Below the pieces are notes generated by a model. It worked only from the letters and a program-made list of their open reading frames with translations. It had not been told where the DNA came from and made no database searches. This document shows, in pieces, positions 44,605-53,800 of a stretch of DNA of 64,000 nucleotides. Made by a program: the position numbers and the translations under genes. Each line of letters begins with the position of its first letter. Positions within the stretch are counted from its first letter, which is position 1. The stretch is from Candidatus Uhrbacteria bacterium RIFOXYB12_FULL_58_10 (GTDB lineage: Bacteria; Patescibacteriota; Patescibacteriia; UBA9934; GWF2-40-263), in contig CALRBH010000003.1 in the NCBI GenBank assembly GCA_943354165.1, positions 5,149 to 69,148 on the forward strand. The letters run 5' to 3'.

Positions 44605-45144
44605 ATGTCCGCCTCGCTCGAAGTCATCACCGGCTGCATGAAGTCGGGCAAGAGTGAAGAGTTCATGCGCCGCATTTCGCGCGCAAAGATTTTGCAGTTG
44701 GATACCATCATCGTGAAACCCATGCGCGACACGCGGGTGAAAGCACAGATCTGCTCGCGCAACGGCATCTGTATTGATGCGATCGAAATTGAAACGCCCG
44801 AGCAACTGCTCACCCTTGTCGAAGATCGCCACGCCATCGTCGGGATCGACGAAGCGCAGTTTTTTCCCGAGTCCCTCGTTGCCGTCGTGTCGAAGCTCGT
44901 CCATGAACGCAAGAAACGCGTGATCGTCTCCGGCCTCAATCTGGATTTCCGTGCCGAACCGTTTCCGGTGATGGCAAAACTCCTCGCCCTCGCGACGGAA
45001 GTGCACGTCGTAAAAGCCATCTGTGAAGCCTGCCGCAAGGCTGATGCGTTCCGTAGCCAAAAGATCGGCGGGAGTGCGGAGATCATTGAAATCGGGGATG
45101 TACAATACGAACCCAGGTGCTTAGAATGCTTTGTCCTTCCTTAA
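44605..45144 (+). CDS. tdk: Thymidine kinase
   Basis: P-loop GCMKSGKSEE. IDEAQFF. C-terminal CxxC...CxxC zinc ribbon. Confidence 0.85.
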   Translation: MSASLEVITGCMKSGKSEEFMRRISRAKILQLDTIIVKPMRDTRVKAQICSRNGICIDAIEIETPEQLLTLVEDRHAIVGIDEAQFFPESLVAVVSKLVHERKKRVIVSGLNLDFRAEPFPVMAKLLALATEVHVVKAICEACRKADAFRSQKIGGSAEIIEIGDVQYEPRCLECFVLP

Positions 45145-45155
45145 TTTCACATCAC

Positions 45156-45827
45156 ATGATCCTTCCAAAACATTTTTGGCCAACCCTTCTGGTTCTCGGA
45201 GTGATCGCCATCTTCGGCTATTCCTACGCCCTTCGTCCGCTTGCCGCGCCGAGTAAGGAGTCGGCGGTAGAATCATCGACGGAAGTGAATACGTTCCAAA
45301 TCGATCCGGCGGCTTCCTCCGCTTCGTTTACCGTTGGTGAAATATTGCGCGGCAAGCCATTCACGGTGGTCGGAACCACTTCGGACGTTTCCGGAGGCGT
45401 AAAACTCGATCCCAAAAACCTAGCGTCCGCGTCCATCGGGGAAATAAGGATCAACGCGCGTACCCTGAAAACCGACGCCGCAGGACGCAACTCCGCCATC
45501 GGACGCTTTATCTTGCAGTCCGAGAAACCAGAGAACGAGTTCATCGTATTTAAGGAGAAGAGCGTTGTCGGGCTGCCAAAGACGGCGACCATAGGTGATG
45601 AGCTCGCCTTCGATGTCATCGGCGACCTTACGGTGAAGGGGACCACGAAGGAAGTGAGTTTCCGCGTAACATCTAAGCTTGCAGACGCCGATACGCTTAC
45701 CGGACATGGGGAAGCCAAGATTCTGTACAAGGACTTCAACCTGACGATCCCTTCGGTTCCGTTCGTGGCAAGCGTGGAGGAATTTATGATGCTCTCGATC
45801 GACTTCACCGCTCGACACGCCAAATAA
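45156..45827 (+). CDS. YceI-family periplasmic protein
   Basis: Signal anchor plus YceI-like beta-barrel region (SASFTVGEILRGKPFTVVGTTSDVSGGVKLD). Confidence 0.7.
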   Translation: MILPKHFWPTLLVLGVIAIFGYSYALRPLAAPSKESAVESSTEVNTFQIDPAASSASFTVGEILRGKPFTVVGTTSDVSGGVKLDPKNLASASIGEIRINARTLKTDAAGRNSAIGRFILQSEKPENEFIVFKEKSVVGLPKTATIGDELAFDVIGDLTVKGTTKEVSFRVTSKLADADTLTGHGEAKILYKDFNLTIPSVPFVASVEEFMMLSIDFTARHAK

Positions 45828-45828
45828 T

Positions 45829-46764
45829 ATGCAACTCGCTCACGTAAAATACGTTCTTTCTGAGGAGGTCTTTACGGAGCATGCCGGCCGTGACGATTTG
45901 TTTTTGCTGTCGGTGAACCAGACGGCCACGTATCCGATGATCATGCTCACGGTGGCCGTTGTAGTCCTCGTCGCATTTGTGTGGGGAGGGAAGTTGAAAA
46001 TCGTAAAGCGCATTCATGAGGCGTTAGAGAAGAAGTGCAAGGAATACGAGCCACTCTTTCCATGGATGGCCCGATTGTCGCTTGGGATCGCCCTTATCGG
46101 CGCAGGATCGGCGGGTCATCTCCTGTCACCGGCACTTGAAGCTATTCCCGCCGTCGCCACCGCGGAAATCCTCTTTGGGTTCATGCTGCTCGCCGGGTTC
46201 CTCACGAATGCGGCCGCCTGCATGGTCCTTGTTCTGTGGCTGCTCGCCTTTTTCCATGGTCCATACGCGTTCGGTTCACTCGAGGTCGCGGCCCTTGCCC
46301 TTGTTCTTCTTGTCTCGCGCACGGAGAAACCTGGAATTGACGATCTGCTCGGCTTCCGCGCATCTCCGCACTTTGAACGGTTGACGAAATATACGCCGCT
46401 CATTTTGCGCGTCGGTCTCGGCTTCGCGTTTCTTTTTCTTGGGCTCTACGAAAAGATTCTGAACCCGCACGTCGCAGAAGAAGTCGTAAATCTCTACAAC
46501 CTCACGTCGATCGTTCATGTGAAGCCTGCCATGTGGGTTCTCGGCGCTGGCCTCATCGAGGCCGCGATCGGCCTCGCGCTCATTCTCGGCATCCGCACGC
46601 GCGCGGTCACCGCCATCGCCTTCTGTGTCCTCACCGCCTCGTTCTTCTTTTTCAGCGAAGACGTTTCCTCGCATGTGACAATTTTCGGCGCCCTCTCGAT
46701 CCTCTTCGTAACCGGCTCTGGTCCGCATGCGCTTGATGCGTGGATAAAGAAACAGGTGAAATAA
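45829..46764 (+). CDS. DoxX-family membrane protein (duplicated)
   Basis: Eight hydrophobic helices. DoxX-like pattern. Confidence 0.6.
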   Translation: MQLAHVKYVLSEEVFTEHAGRDDLFLLSVNQTATYPMIMLTVAVVVLVAFVWGGKLKIVKRIHEALEKKCKEYEPLFPWMARLSLGIALIGAGSAGHLLSPALEAIPAVATAEILFGFMLLAGFLTNAAACMVLVLWLLAFFHGPYAFGSLEVAALALVLLVSRTEKPGIDDLLGFRASPHFERLTKYTPLILRVGLGFAFLFLGLYEKILNPHVAEEVVNLYNLTSIVHVKPAMWVLGAGLIEAAIGLALILGIRTRAVTAIAFCVLTASFFFFSEDVSSHVTIFGALSILFVTGSGPHALDAWIKKQVK

Positions 46765-46765
46765 T

Positions 46766-47167
46766 ATGTCTGAAAAACGAAATCCTCCAACCGAAAGTAT
46801 GTCCTCCCCAGAAGTTTCCGAATCGCTCAAGCTTGCGAAAGAATATCTCGGAAAGAATGTCGAAGTTGTGATGGACCGTCCGCTTGGAAGCAAGCATCCC
46901 AAGCACGGCTTCGTTTACGAAGTGAACTACGGCTACATTTCAGGGACCAAGTCAGCGGACGGGGAAGAACTCGATGCCTATTTTCTTGGCGTCACAGAAC
47001 CAAAGGAATCAGCGAACGGCCGTTGCATCGCCATCATTCACCGGTTGAACGACGATGACGACAAGTGCATCGTTGTTCCAGAAGGAACCGAATTGACCGA
47101 CGAGGAAATCGATGCCCTTACGAGCTTTCAGGAACAGTTTTTCAAACATACGATTGTGCGGGAATAG
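46766..47167 (+). CDS. Short inorganic-pyrophosphatase-fold protein (PPase-like paralog)
   Basis: DRPLGSKHPKHGFVYEVNYGYISGT...DGEELD resembles the PPase core (PxNYGxIPxT..DGDPxD) in truncated form. Confidence 0.45.
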   Translation: MSEKRNPPTESMSSPEVSESLKLAKEYLGKNVEVVMDRPLGSKHPKHGFVYEVNYGYISGTKSADGEELDAYFLGVTEPKESANGRCIAIIHRLNDDDDKCIVVPEGTELTDEEIDALTSFQEQFFKHTIVRE

Positions 47168-47174
47168 TCGAGAT

Positions 47175-47678
47175 ATGCACCATCCGCAGAAAAACTACGC
47201 ATTTATCGACAGTCAGAATTTGAACCTTGCGATTCGCGCACAAGGATGGAAGTTGGATTTCAGACGTTTTCGAGTACATATTCAAGACAAGTATCACGTT
47301 CAAAAGGCCTATTTGTTTATTGGGTATATCAACGGGAATCAATCGCTATATACAATGCTGCAAGATGCCGGCTTCACTTGCATATTCAAACCGACATTAC
47401 AGTATAAGGACGGAACAACGAAAGGGAATTGTGACGCTGAGCTCGTTCTCTGGTCGATGATTGATTTTAAGGAATATGAGAAAGCAGTGATCGTTTCAGG
47501 AGATGGTGATTTCAACTGTTTGGTCGACTATCTCCTCAAGGAGAAAAAACTCGAGTGTGTATTGATCCCGGATCAACATCGATTTTCTGGCCTGCTGAAA
47601 TTTAAGAAGTTTCGGCCGTACCTTCGGTACATGAATGATTTGCGCGAGAGGCTTTCTACAAAAGAAAGGGCCCCGTAA
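47175..47678 (+). CDS. NYN-domain (LabA-like) putative ribonuclease
   Basis: YAFIDSQNL...VSGDGDF motifs of NYN/PIN-like nucleases. Locally AT-rich. Confidence 0.65.
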   Translation: MHHPQKNYAFIDSQNLNLAIRAQGWKLDFRRFRVHIQDKYHVQKAYLFIGYINGNQSLYTMLQDAGFTCIFKPTLQYKDGTTKGNCDAELVLWSMIDFKEYEKAVIVSGDGDFNCLVDYLLKEKKLECVLIPDQHRFSGLLKFKKFRPYLRYMNDLRERLSTKERAP

Positions 47679-47819
47679 GGACGAGACCTTACAGGGCTTG
47701 CTTTCCGTTGGTGATGAGGAAAGACTATCAGCATTTCCAGTTCCTGTCAACTTGACCCATCAACCAGTCACCCATACTGTATCTATCGTTTAGCCCCCTT
47801 ACCACCCTTACCACCCTGT

Positions 47820-48341
47820 ATGAACTATTCCAAACTTACCCCAGGAAAGGACGCTCCACGCGATATCTACGCCCTCATCGAAATTCCGATGGGTTCATCC
47901 ATCAAATACGAACTCGATAAGGAATCCGGCTCCATCTTCGTCGACCGTTTCCTATTTACTCCAATGGCGTACCCAGCCAACTACGGCGCCATTCCAGGCA
48001 CCATCGGTGGCGATGGGGATCCCGTCGACGTTCTCGTGATCGCGGACCAGTCCGTCGTTCCAGGAAGCGTGATTCGTTGCCGCCCAATCGGCGTCCTCAA
48101 GATGGAGGACGAGGGTGGCATGGATGAGAAGATCGTTGCGGTTCCGCACGACAAGCTCTCGCTCACCTACAAGGATGTGAAGGAACTCGGGGATCTTCCA
48201 GAGATCCAGGTGAAGCAGATGATCCACTTTTTCGAGCGCTACAAAGACCTCGAACCTGGAAAGTGGATCAAAGTTACAGGTCAAGGCGACGCGGCAGAAG
48301 CGATGAAATTGATTGAAGAAGGAATCGCTCGGGCGAAATAG
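47820..48341 (+). CDS. ppa: Inorganic pyrophosphatase
   Basis: YPANYGAIPGTIGGDGDPVDVLVI family-I PPase signature. Confidence 0.9.
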   Translation: MNYSKLTPGKDAPRDIYALIEIPMGSSIKYELDKESGSIFVDRFLFTPMAYPANYGAIPGTIGGDGDPVDVLVIADQSVVPGSVIRCRPIGVLKMEDEGGMDEKIVAVPHDKLSLTYKDVKELGDLPEIQVKQMIHFFERYKDLEPGKWIKVTGQGDAAEAMKLIEEGIARAK

Positions 48342-48347
48342 ACAAAC

Positions 48348-48382
48348 AGAAAAACGACTATCGAATATCGATAGTCGTTTTC
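48348..48382. terminator. Bidirectional terminator hairpin
   Basis: aaaacgactatcga-atat-tcgatagtcgtttt perfect palindrome between convergent ppa and the DEAD-box helicase. Confidence 0.6.
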
Positions 48383-48389
48383 GTTCCGG

Positions 48390-49925
48390 TTAAATAGGAC
48401 GCTTTGTTTTTCCGCGGCGCCAGCTGGTTGGTGGCTGGTAACGCTCTGGGTGGTTTTCTACCGGGTCCTTTGCGCGAGCCGGCGGTTTCTTGCCACGACT
48501 TCCGCCCTTGTAGGGTGGGCGGGAAGAGTTCGTTGATCCGGTTGAACCGGTCGAACCTGCTGATCGTGATCCGTATGAATTACCGGTGCGTGCAGGAGCG
48601 GATGTGCCTGTGCGTGCTGGATAGGCATTCCCTGTGCTTGTGCGTGCAGGGTACGAACTTCCGGTACGTGCCGGGTAGGCATTACCAGACGAACGCGCTG
48701 GAGCGGCGTTGCGGCCGTATCCGCCGGACGAACGACCACTCGATTGTCCGCCGCGGTATCCGCGGGCTGGTTCGCGTTCAATGTACGCGCCTGGAACGAG
48801 AGCCTCAGGCTTGTTGGTAGAAACGCGGGACTTCAGGGTGGTGCGGATCAGGCGTTCGATGAGGCGAATTTCGTTCTTCTCATCTGGCTGGACGAACGAG
48901 ACGGCCTTGCCGGTTTCTCCGGCACGGCCCGTGCGGCCGATGCGGTGCACGTAGTCTTCCGTCTGGTCAGGAAGATCGAAGTTCACGACGAGGGCAATGC
49001 CTTTCACGTCGATGCCACGCGCGGCAATGTCGGTCGCAACAAGTACGCGGACTTTTCCGGACTTGAAGTTGGCGAGCGCCATCTTGCGCTGGGAGAGCGA
49101 ACGGTCGCCGTGGATTTCATCGGCGGAGAATCCAGCCTTTACCAGCTGGAGCGCAAGGCGCTTGGCGCCAAACTTCATGCGGGTAAATACGAGCACGCTT
49201 CCGAGCTCCGCTTCAAGGATTTCCTTGAGTTCGGCAAACTTGGCGCGCTTCTCGACAATCACGATTTCCTGTTCCACGCGGTCCGCGGTGGAACCTTGCG
49301 GAGCGACCTCGATGCGAATGGGAGTACGCATGTGCTTGGACGCGAGGTCCATGATTTCCTTCGGCATGGTGGCCGAGAAGAGCATGGTCTGGCGCTCCTT
49401 TGGAATGAGGTCGAGGATGTGGCGAATCTGCGGCCAGAATCCCATGTCGAGCATGCGGTCCGCTTCATCAAGGATGAGCGTGTTGACCAGGTCGAGCTTC
49501 ATGGTGCGCTGCTCGAGGTGGTCGTTAAGACGACCTGGAGTTGCGACGATCACATGCGGCTTGGCGCCGAGTTCACGCTTCTGCATGCCCATGGAGGCAC
49601 CACCAATCACCACGGCGGTGCGAAGGCCGAAACCCATCGCGGCCTTTTTCAGCTCTTCATCCACCTGCAGAGCGAGCTCGCGGGTAGGAAGCAAAATAAG
49701 GGCCTGACCCTTGGTGCGCGAAATGCGCATGAGGGTTGGAAGGCCGAAGGCAAACGTCTTTCCCGTTCCTGTCTGGGCAATACCCACCACGTCCTTGCCG
49801 TCGATGGCGTGAGGAATGGCCTGGGCCTGAATGGGAGAGGGGATGGTAATCCCGCGGCGCGTGAGCGCCTCTACAAGCTTCTCGGACACGCCAAGTGCGG
49901 CGAATCCACTGGATTCGAGGGGCAT
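48390..49925 (-). CDS. DEAD-box ATP-dependent RNA helicase with C-terminal RG/Tyr-rich repeat tail
   Basis: Q motif, AQTGTGKT, DEAD, SAT, HRIGRTGR. C-terminal repeats NAYPARTG (x3). Confidence 0.9.
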   Translation of the reverse strand: MPLESSGFAALGVSEKLVEALTRRGITIPSPIQAQAIPHAIDGKDVVGIAQTGTGKTFAFGLPTLMRISRTKGQALILLPTRELALQVDEELKKAAMGFGLRTAVVIGGASMGMQKRELGAKPHVIVATPGRLNDHLEQRTMKLDLVNTLILDEADRMLDMGFWPQIRHILDLIPKERQTMLFSATMPKEIMDLASKHMRTPIRIEVAPQGSTADRVEQEIVIVEKRAKFAELKEILEAELGSVLVFTRMKFGAKRLALQLVKAGFSADEIHGDRSLSQRKMALANFKSGKVRVLVATDIAARGIDVKGIALVVNFDLPDQTEDYVHRIGRTGRAGETGKAVSFVQPDEKNEIRLIERLIRTTLKSRVSTNKPEALVPGAYIEREPARGYRGGQSSGRSSGGYGRNAAPARSSGNAYPARTGSSYPARTSTGNAYPARTGTSAPARTGNSYGSRSAGSTGSTGSTNSSRPPYKGGSRGKKPPARAKDPVENHPERYQPPTSWRRGKTKRPI

Positions 49926-50126
49926 ACTTCAAAAAAAGATAGCGACCCGACGCTGGGCCGCTTCTTGCGAATGCCACCAGGATCGAGTCCGTCCCGCATA
50001 AAGCGCGGGCACAACGCAGGAAGTATGCCATAAAATGGCTAAACCGTCAATGATCCCGGCCATGAGCTTGTCGAAGGGTTGCCCACCGCAACTTAGACGA
50101 GTAGGGTGGCAACGAGGAGGTGAACC

Positions 50127-50897
50127 ATGAAAGCAAGAATGCAGGTGTTGGCGTATTTCGCTCTTTTCGCTCCAGTGTTTGCTGTTTCCGTCCTGCATGG
50201 ATGGCTCATTATCCTTGAGAGCGGAACCTTGATGCGTCCACGACTGTCATGGTGGCGGCAACTGTGGGGAGGAGTATTTCTGAAGCTGTTCAGTTGGGTT
50301 GTGAATCTACGGATCACGTATGTGATGCCGTCAGAAGAAGATATTGGGTATCTGACCTCCGGCCCGTGCATCGTGGTATCGAACCATGCGAACGTACTGG
50401 ATGCGTTCCTGATTCCGTACGTGGAAGGGAAGCTCAGACTCGGTGAAGTCCGCTGGCTCATGAAAGAACCGCTCAAGCGTGCGTTCGGATTCGGGGCCAT
50501 GTTCCGCTATTCCGGGGCCGTGTTTCTTCAGCGGGAAAAAGGCTCAGAAGATATTTTGAATATCCAAGCAACGGCTGCTCATGCACGATCCCAAGGATTC
50601 TCGATGGGGATTCTTCCGGAAGGCACACGTGGCGCCGGCGCCCTGCTTCCTCCGAAGTCGGGCGGACTCAAGGTCATCGTGCGAAACATTCCCGATGTTC
50701 CCATCGTGAGCATCAGCATTGTGGGTGGTCCTCCGCTCGGATCAGGGAAGACGATGTGGGATGGGGTTGCGTTCTGCGGTCAGCGGATGCATGTCATCGT
50801 ACGGGTGCATCATCCGATCAAAGAAGAGCAGGTCGAGGCGTGGCTTGAGGACGAGTGGGAACGGAAACACGCAGAGCTTGCGGCGGGCCCTCCATAG
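50127..50897 (+). CDS. Lysophospholipid acyltransferase (PlsC-like)
   Basis: NHANVLD (HxxxxD) and PEGTR motifs. Confidence 0.7.
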   Translation: MKARMQVLAYFALFAPVFAVSVLHGWLIILESGTLMRPRLSWWRQLWGGVFLKLFSWVVNLRITYVMPSEEDIGYLTSGPCIVVSNHANVLDAFLIPYVEGKLRLGEVRWLMKEPLKRAFGFGAMFRYSGAVFLQREKGSEDILNIQATAAHARSQGFSMGILPEGTRGAGALLPPKSGGLKVIVRNIPDVPIVSISIVGGPPLGSGKTMWDGVAFCGQRMHVIVRVHHPIKEEQVEAWLEDEWERKHAELAAGPP

Positions 50898-50963
50898 CCC
50901 GCTTTTTTTACAAAGAAAAAGACGCACTGATGTGCATGGCAACCATGATTAAAGCTGAAGCAA

Positions 50964-52082
50964 TCAAGGGGAGAACGTGTTATCGAGCGCGCGCTCAGCT
51001 CCTTTCATGGAAGCATCCGTGAAATCCCAGAAAATATTTTTCGTGAAGTAATTCGTGACCCAGCCGTCTGGAAGAGAATTACGGACCGTGAACGCCAATC
51101 CTTTCGCATCGATCCACTGATGCATGGTTTTTCCGTCAGGACGATTGTGGGTCAATGCATCGTTCACCCCCATGTAACCAGCCCACTCGCTTGCGGTATC
51201 CACCCAGCGCTTATCAATCACAAGCTGACGCAATCCGCGCGTCGCTCGCAGAGCGTTGATCTCGCCGAGCCAATAGCGATTAAGCTCTACGACCTCGATC
51301 CCGGAAGGAACCGCTCCGATTTGAAAGGAGCTGGGAGTAATCGATTCGAACTCTCGCTCTATCAGAGGGGGAGCCGGAGGCATCAGCTGAGCTGAGTTCT
51401 GGGTGGGAGAACCGTCGAAGGCTTGATGAGAAGCGTTCGACTTGTAATCGCCGACAGGTCTGCATCCGTGATCCCTAAACTCTTCTCACGCATGAGCGTG
51501 TAGGCGGCCGGACCATCCTTCAAATAGAACACGCCGCCGTCTGGATGGATGTAATACGCTTCTCCGTGCAGCTGAACGCACAGGACAATGCGTCCCTTAA
51601 GCGAGTTGGTGCGCTCTCCTCCTTCACCAAGGAGGGGTTAGGCACCGCCATCGGGCGGGGCCCCGCCGCGGCGGTGGGGTGGTTGCCGTCGGTGTTGGAG
51701 CAGTCGTTGGTGTAGGGGTCGCGACGGTTGCGCCAGTGTGAGGGAACTTCGCTTCCACGATCGTACGGTCAGAATCCGTAAGCGAAATACTGCCCAGGTT
51801 CAGGAATGTGTTCCAAACCCAGCCAGTTGCTCCGCTCTGAAGGCGGATGAGATACCACTCATGATCTCCTGCGAGAACCATAACCTTCGCGCTGCTCGAT
51901 GCGGTCGCAACCACGGTCGTGTTCTCCTGACAGGGGCCAGTGTGCATGAATACCGCGCTCTTGATCGTCGCGCTTTCCGTCGCTTCACGGTAGGGCTCAG
52001 AGAAACATTCTCCCGCAAGCGCTGGGGCGGGGGAGGTAAAAGAGGCGACAAGGACGATGGCGAGCAATATTCGATATTTCAT
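50964..52082 (-). pseudogene. Secreted SH3b / PT-linker / unknown domain / CAP (SCP/PR-1) multidomain gene, split into three frames
   Basis: Minus strand. 52082-51628 has signal peptide, SH3-like domain and PT linker. 51627-51385 is protein-like in the +1 frame (LKGRIVLCVQLHGEAYYIHPDGGVFYLKDGPAAYTLMREKSLGITDADLSAI). 51383-50964 is the CAP domain in a third frame. First junction lies at a G/C homopolymer-rich run (51621-51675); second junction lies in 51386-51440. Confidence 0.45.
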
Positions 52083-52123
52083 AGAGAGGTGTATACTTCA
52101 TAACGATACGCTTCTAGCCGTAA

Positions 52124-53371
52124 TTGTTTATGAAACGCCCAACGCTTCTTCCTATTATCCTCACGGTATTCGTGGATTTGGTGGGATTCGGGATTGTAAT
52201 TCCCATCCTGGCGCCTCTCCTTATTTCGCCAGACAGTCCGGTGTTTTCGCCAGACACGCCGTTTGCCGTCCGTACCATCACCCTTGGTGTGATCATGGGT
52301 ATATATCCCCTTGCCCAGTTTTTCGGCGCGCCGATCCTTGGGGTATTCTCTGATCGGTATGGACGTCGATGGCCGCTTCTGTTCACGGTGTTTGTAAATG
52401 CCGTCTGTTACGCCCTGTTTGCTATTGGGATTTCCGCAGGTGCTTTATGGCTCATTATTGGAAGTCGAATCCTCGCAGGTTTCACGGGAGGAAACCTGTC
52501 GATTGCCTACTCGGCGATTGCGGACATCAGCAAGGAAGAGGAGAAGGCGCATAACTTCGGGCTGGTGGGCATGGCGTTCGGACTCGGGTTCATTATCGGG
52601 CCGATTATCGGCGGGCTGCTTTCCGGATCGGGGAGCGCGGCGATCTTTGGGGCGGCAACTCCGTTCTGGTTCGCGTTCATCCTTGGGATAGTGAACGTCG
52701 CCCTCGTGTACGTCCTGTTTCCGGAAACCTTGCAGGCGCGCGTGCGCATTCCCATGAGCCTGCTTACAGGCATGCACAATCTCCGCACGGCTTTTACGAT
52801 GCCGAACGTGCGCATCATGTTTCTCGTGGTGTTCCTGCTCACCTTCGGCTTCACGGCGTTCACGAACTTTTTTCAGGTGTACCTCATCGACAAGTTCCAG
52901 GTGACGGAGCTGCAGACGGGTCTCCTCTTCGGGTGGATTGGGATCTGGATTGCCCTTACACAAGGGGTGGTGACGCGAATATTTTTCCCAAAGACAAAGC
53001 CGACCTCCATTCTCACCTGGGCCATTTTCGGCCTCTCGATAGCCCTCATCGCCATCCTGTTCCCTGTGGAATATTGGCACCTGTATGTGGTAATCCCATT
53101 CATGTCCTTCTTCCAGGGTCTCACACAGCCGTATTCCACCGCCGTGATTTCGAACTTTGCAAATGCGGAATCGCAAGGGGAAGTCATGGGGATCAACCAG
53201 TCCGTCCAATCCATGGCGATGGCGATCCCCGCGCTTGCGGCCGGTGCGCTTTCCGCCTACTCGCCATCAGCTCCTATTATCGCTGCGGCCGTGGTAACCC
53301 TCGTGGCCTGGCTGGTGTTCGTCTTCGCATTTGACGCCAAACGCCGAACAAGGTTCCGTGAGGTTGCTTAG
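52124..53371 (+). CDS. MFS transporter (TetA-like)
   Basis: 12 TM helices. GxLSDRYGRR motif A. Confidence 0.8.
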   Translation: MFMKRPTLLPIILTVFVDLVGFGIVIPILAPLLISPDSPVFSPDTPFAVRTITLGVIMGIYPLAQFFGAPILGVFSDRYGRRWPLLFTVFVNAVCYALFAIGISAGALWLIIGSRILAGFTGGNLSIAYSAIADISKEEEKAHNFGLVGMAFGLGFIIGPIIGGLLSGSGSAAIFGAATPFWFAFILGIVNVALVYVLFPETLQARVRIPMSLLTGMHNLRTAFTMPNVRIMFLVVFLLTFGFTAFTNFFQVYLIDKFQVTELQTGLLFGWIGIWIALTQGVVTRIFFPKTKPTSILTWAIFGLSIALIAILFPVEYWHLYVVIPFMSFFQGLTQPYSTAVISNFANAESQGEVMGINQSVQSMAMAIPALAAGALSAYSPSAPIIAAAVVTLVAWLVFVFAFDAKRRTRFREVA

Positions 53372-53374
53372 CGT

Positions 53375-53800
53375 ATGCATACACGCGCCGCCGACTATTT
53401 ACGGGACCACGGATTGAAAGCCACCGCCCCGCGCGTGGCGATAGTTGCCGTTCTCCTTAAAGAGAAACGGCCGCTGTCCGTACAGGACCTGCTCGATGCG
53501 CTTCCAAAAAAGACCGCGGACCAAGCCACTGCGTATCGTTCGCTCGAAGCCTTCGCAGAGGCAGGTCTGATCCATCGATTGGATCTCGGCCAAGGAAAAG
53601 CGCTTTACGAACTTTCCGAGGAAGGGGAACATCACCATCATCTTGTCTGTACTTCATGCGGAAAAATTGAAGACGTGGAGGATTGTGAGGTGGAAGCGTT
53701 CGCGAGGCGTGCGCTTGAGGCATCGAAACGATTTGCCGAACTCCATCATCATTCGCTTGAGCTGTTCGGGATCTGTAAAGATTGCGTAAAAAAAAGATGA
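53375..53800 (+). CDS. fur: Fur-family transcriptional regulator
   Basis: N-terminal wHTH. HHHHLVCTSCGKIEDVEDC and ...HHHSLELFGICKDC metal sites. Confidence 0.8.
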   Translation: MHTRAADYLRDHGLKATAPRVAIVAVLLKEKRPLSVQDLLDALPKKTADQATAYRSLEAFAEAGLIHRLDLGQGKALYELSEEGEHHHHLVCTSCGKIEDVEDCEVEAFARRALEASKRFAELHHHSLELFGICKDCVKKR

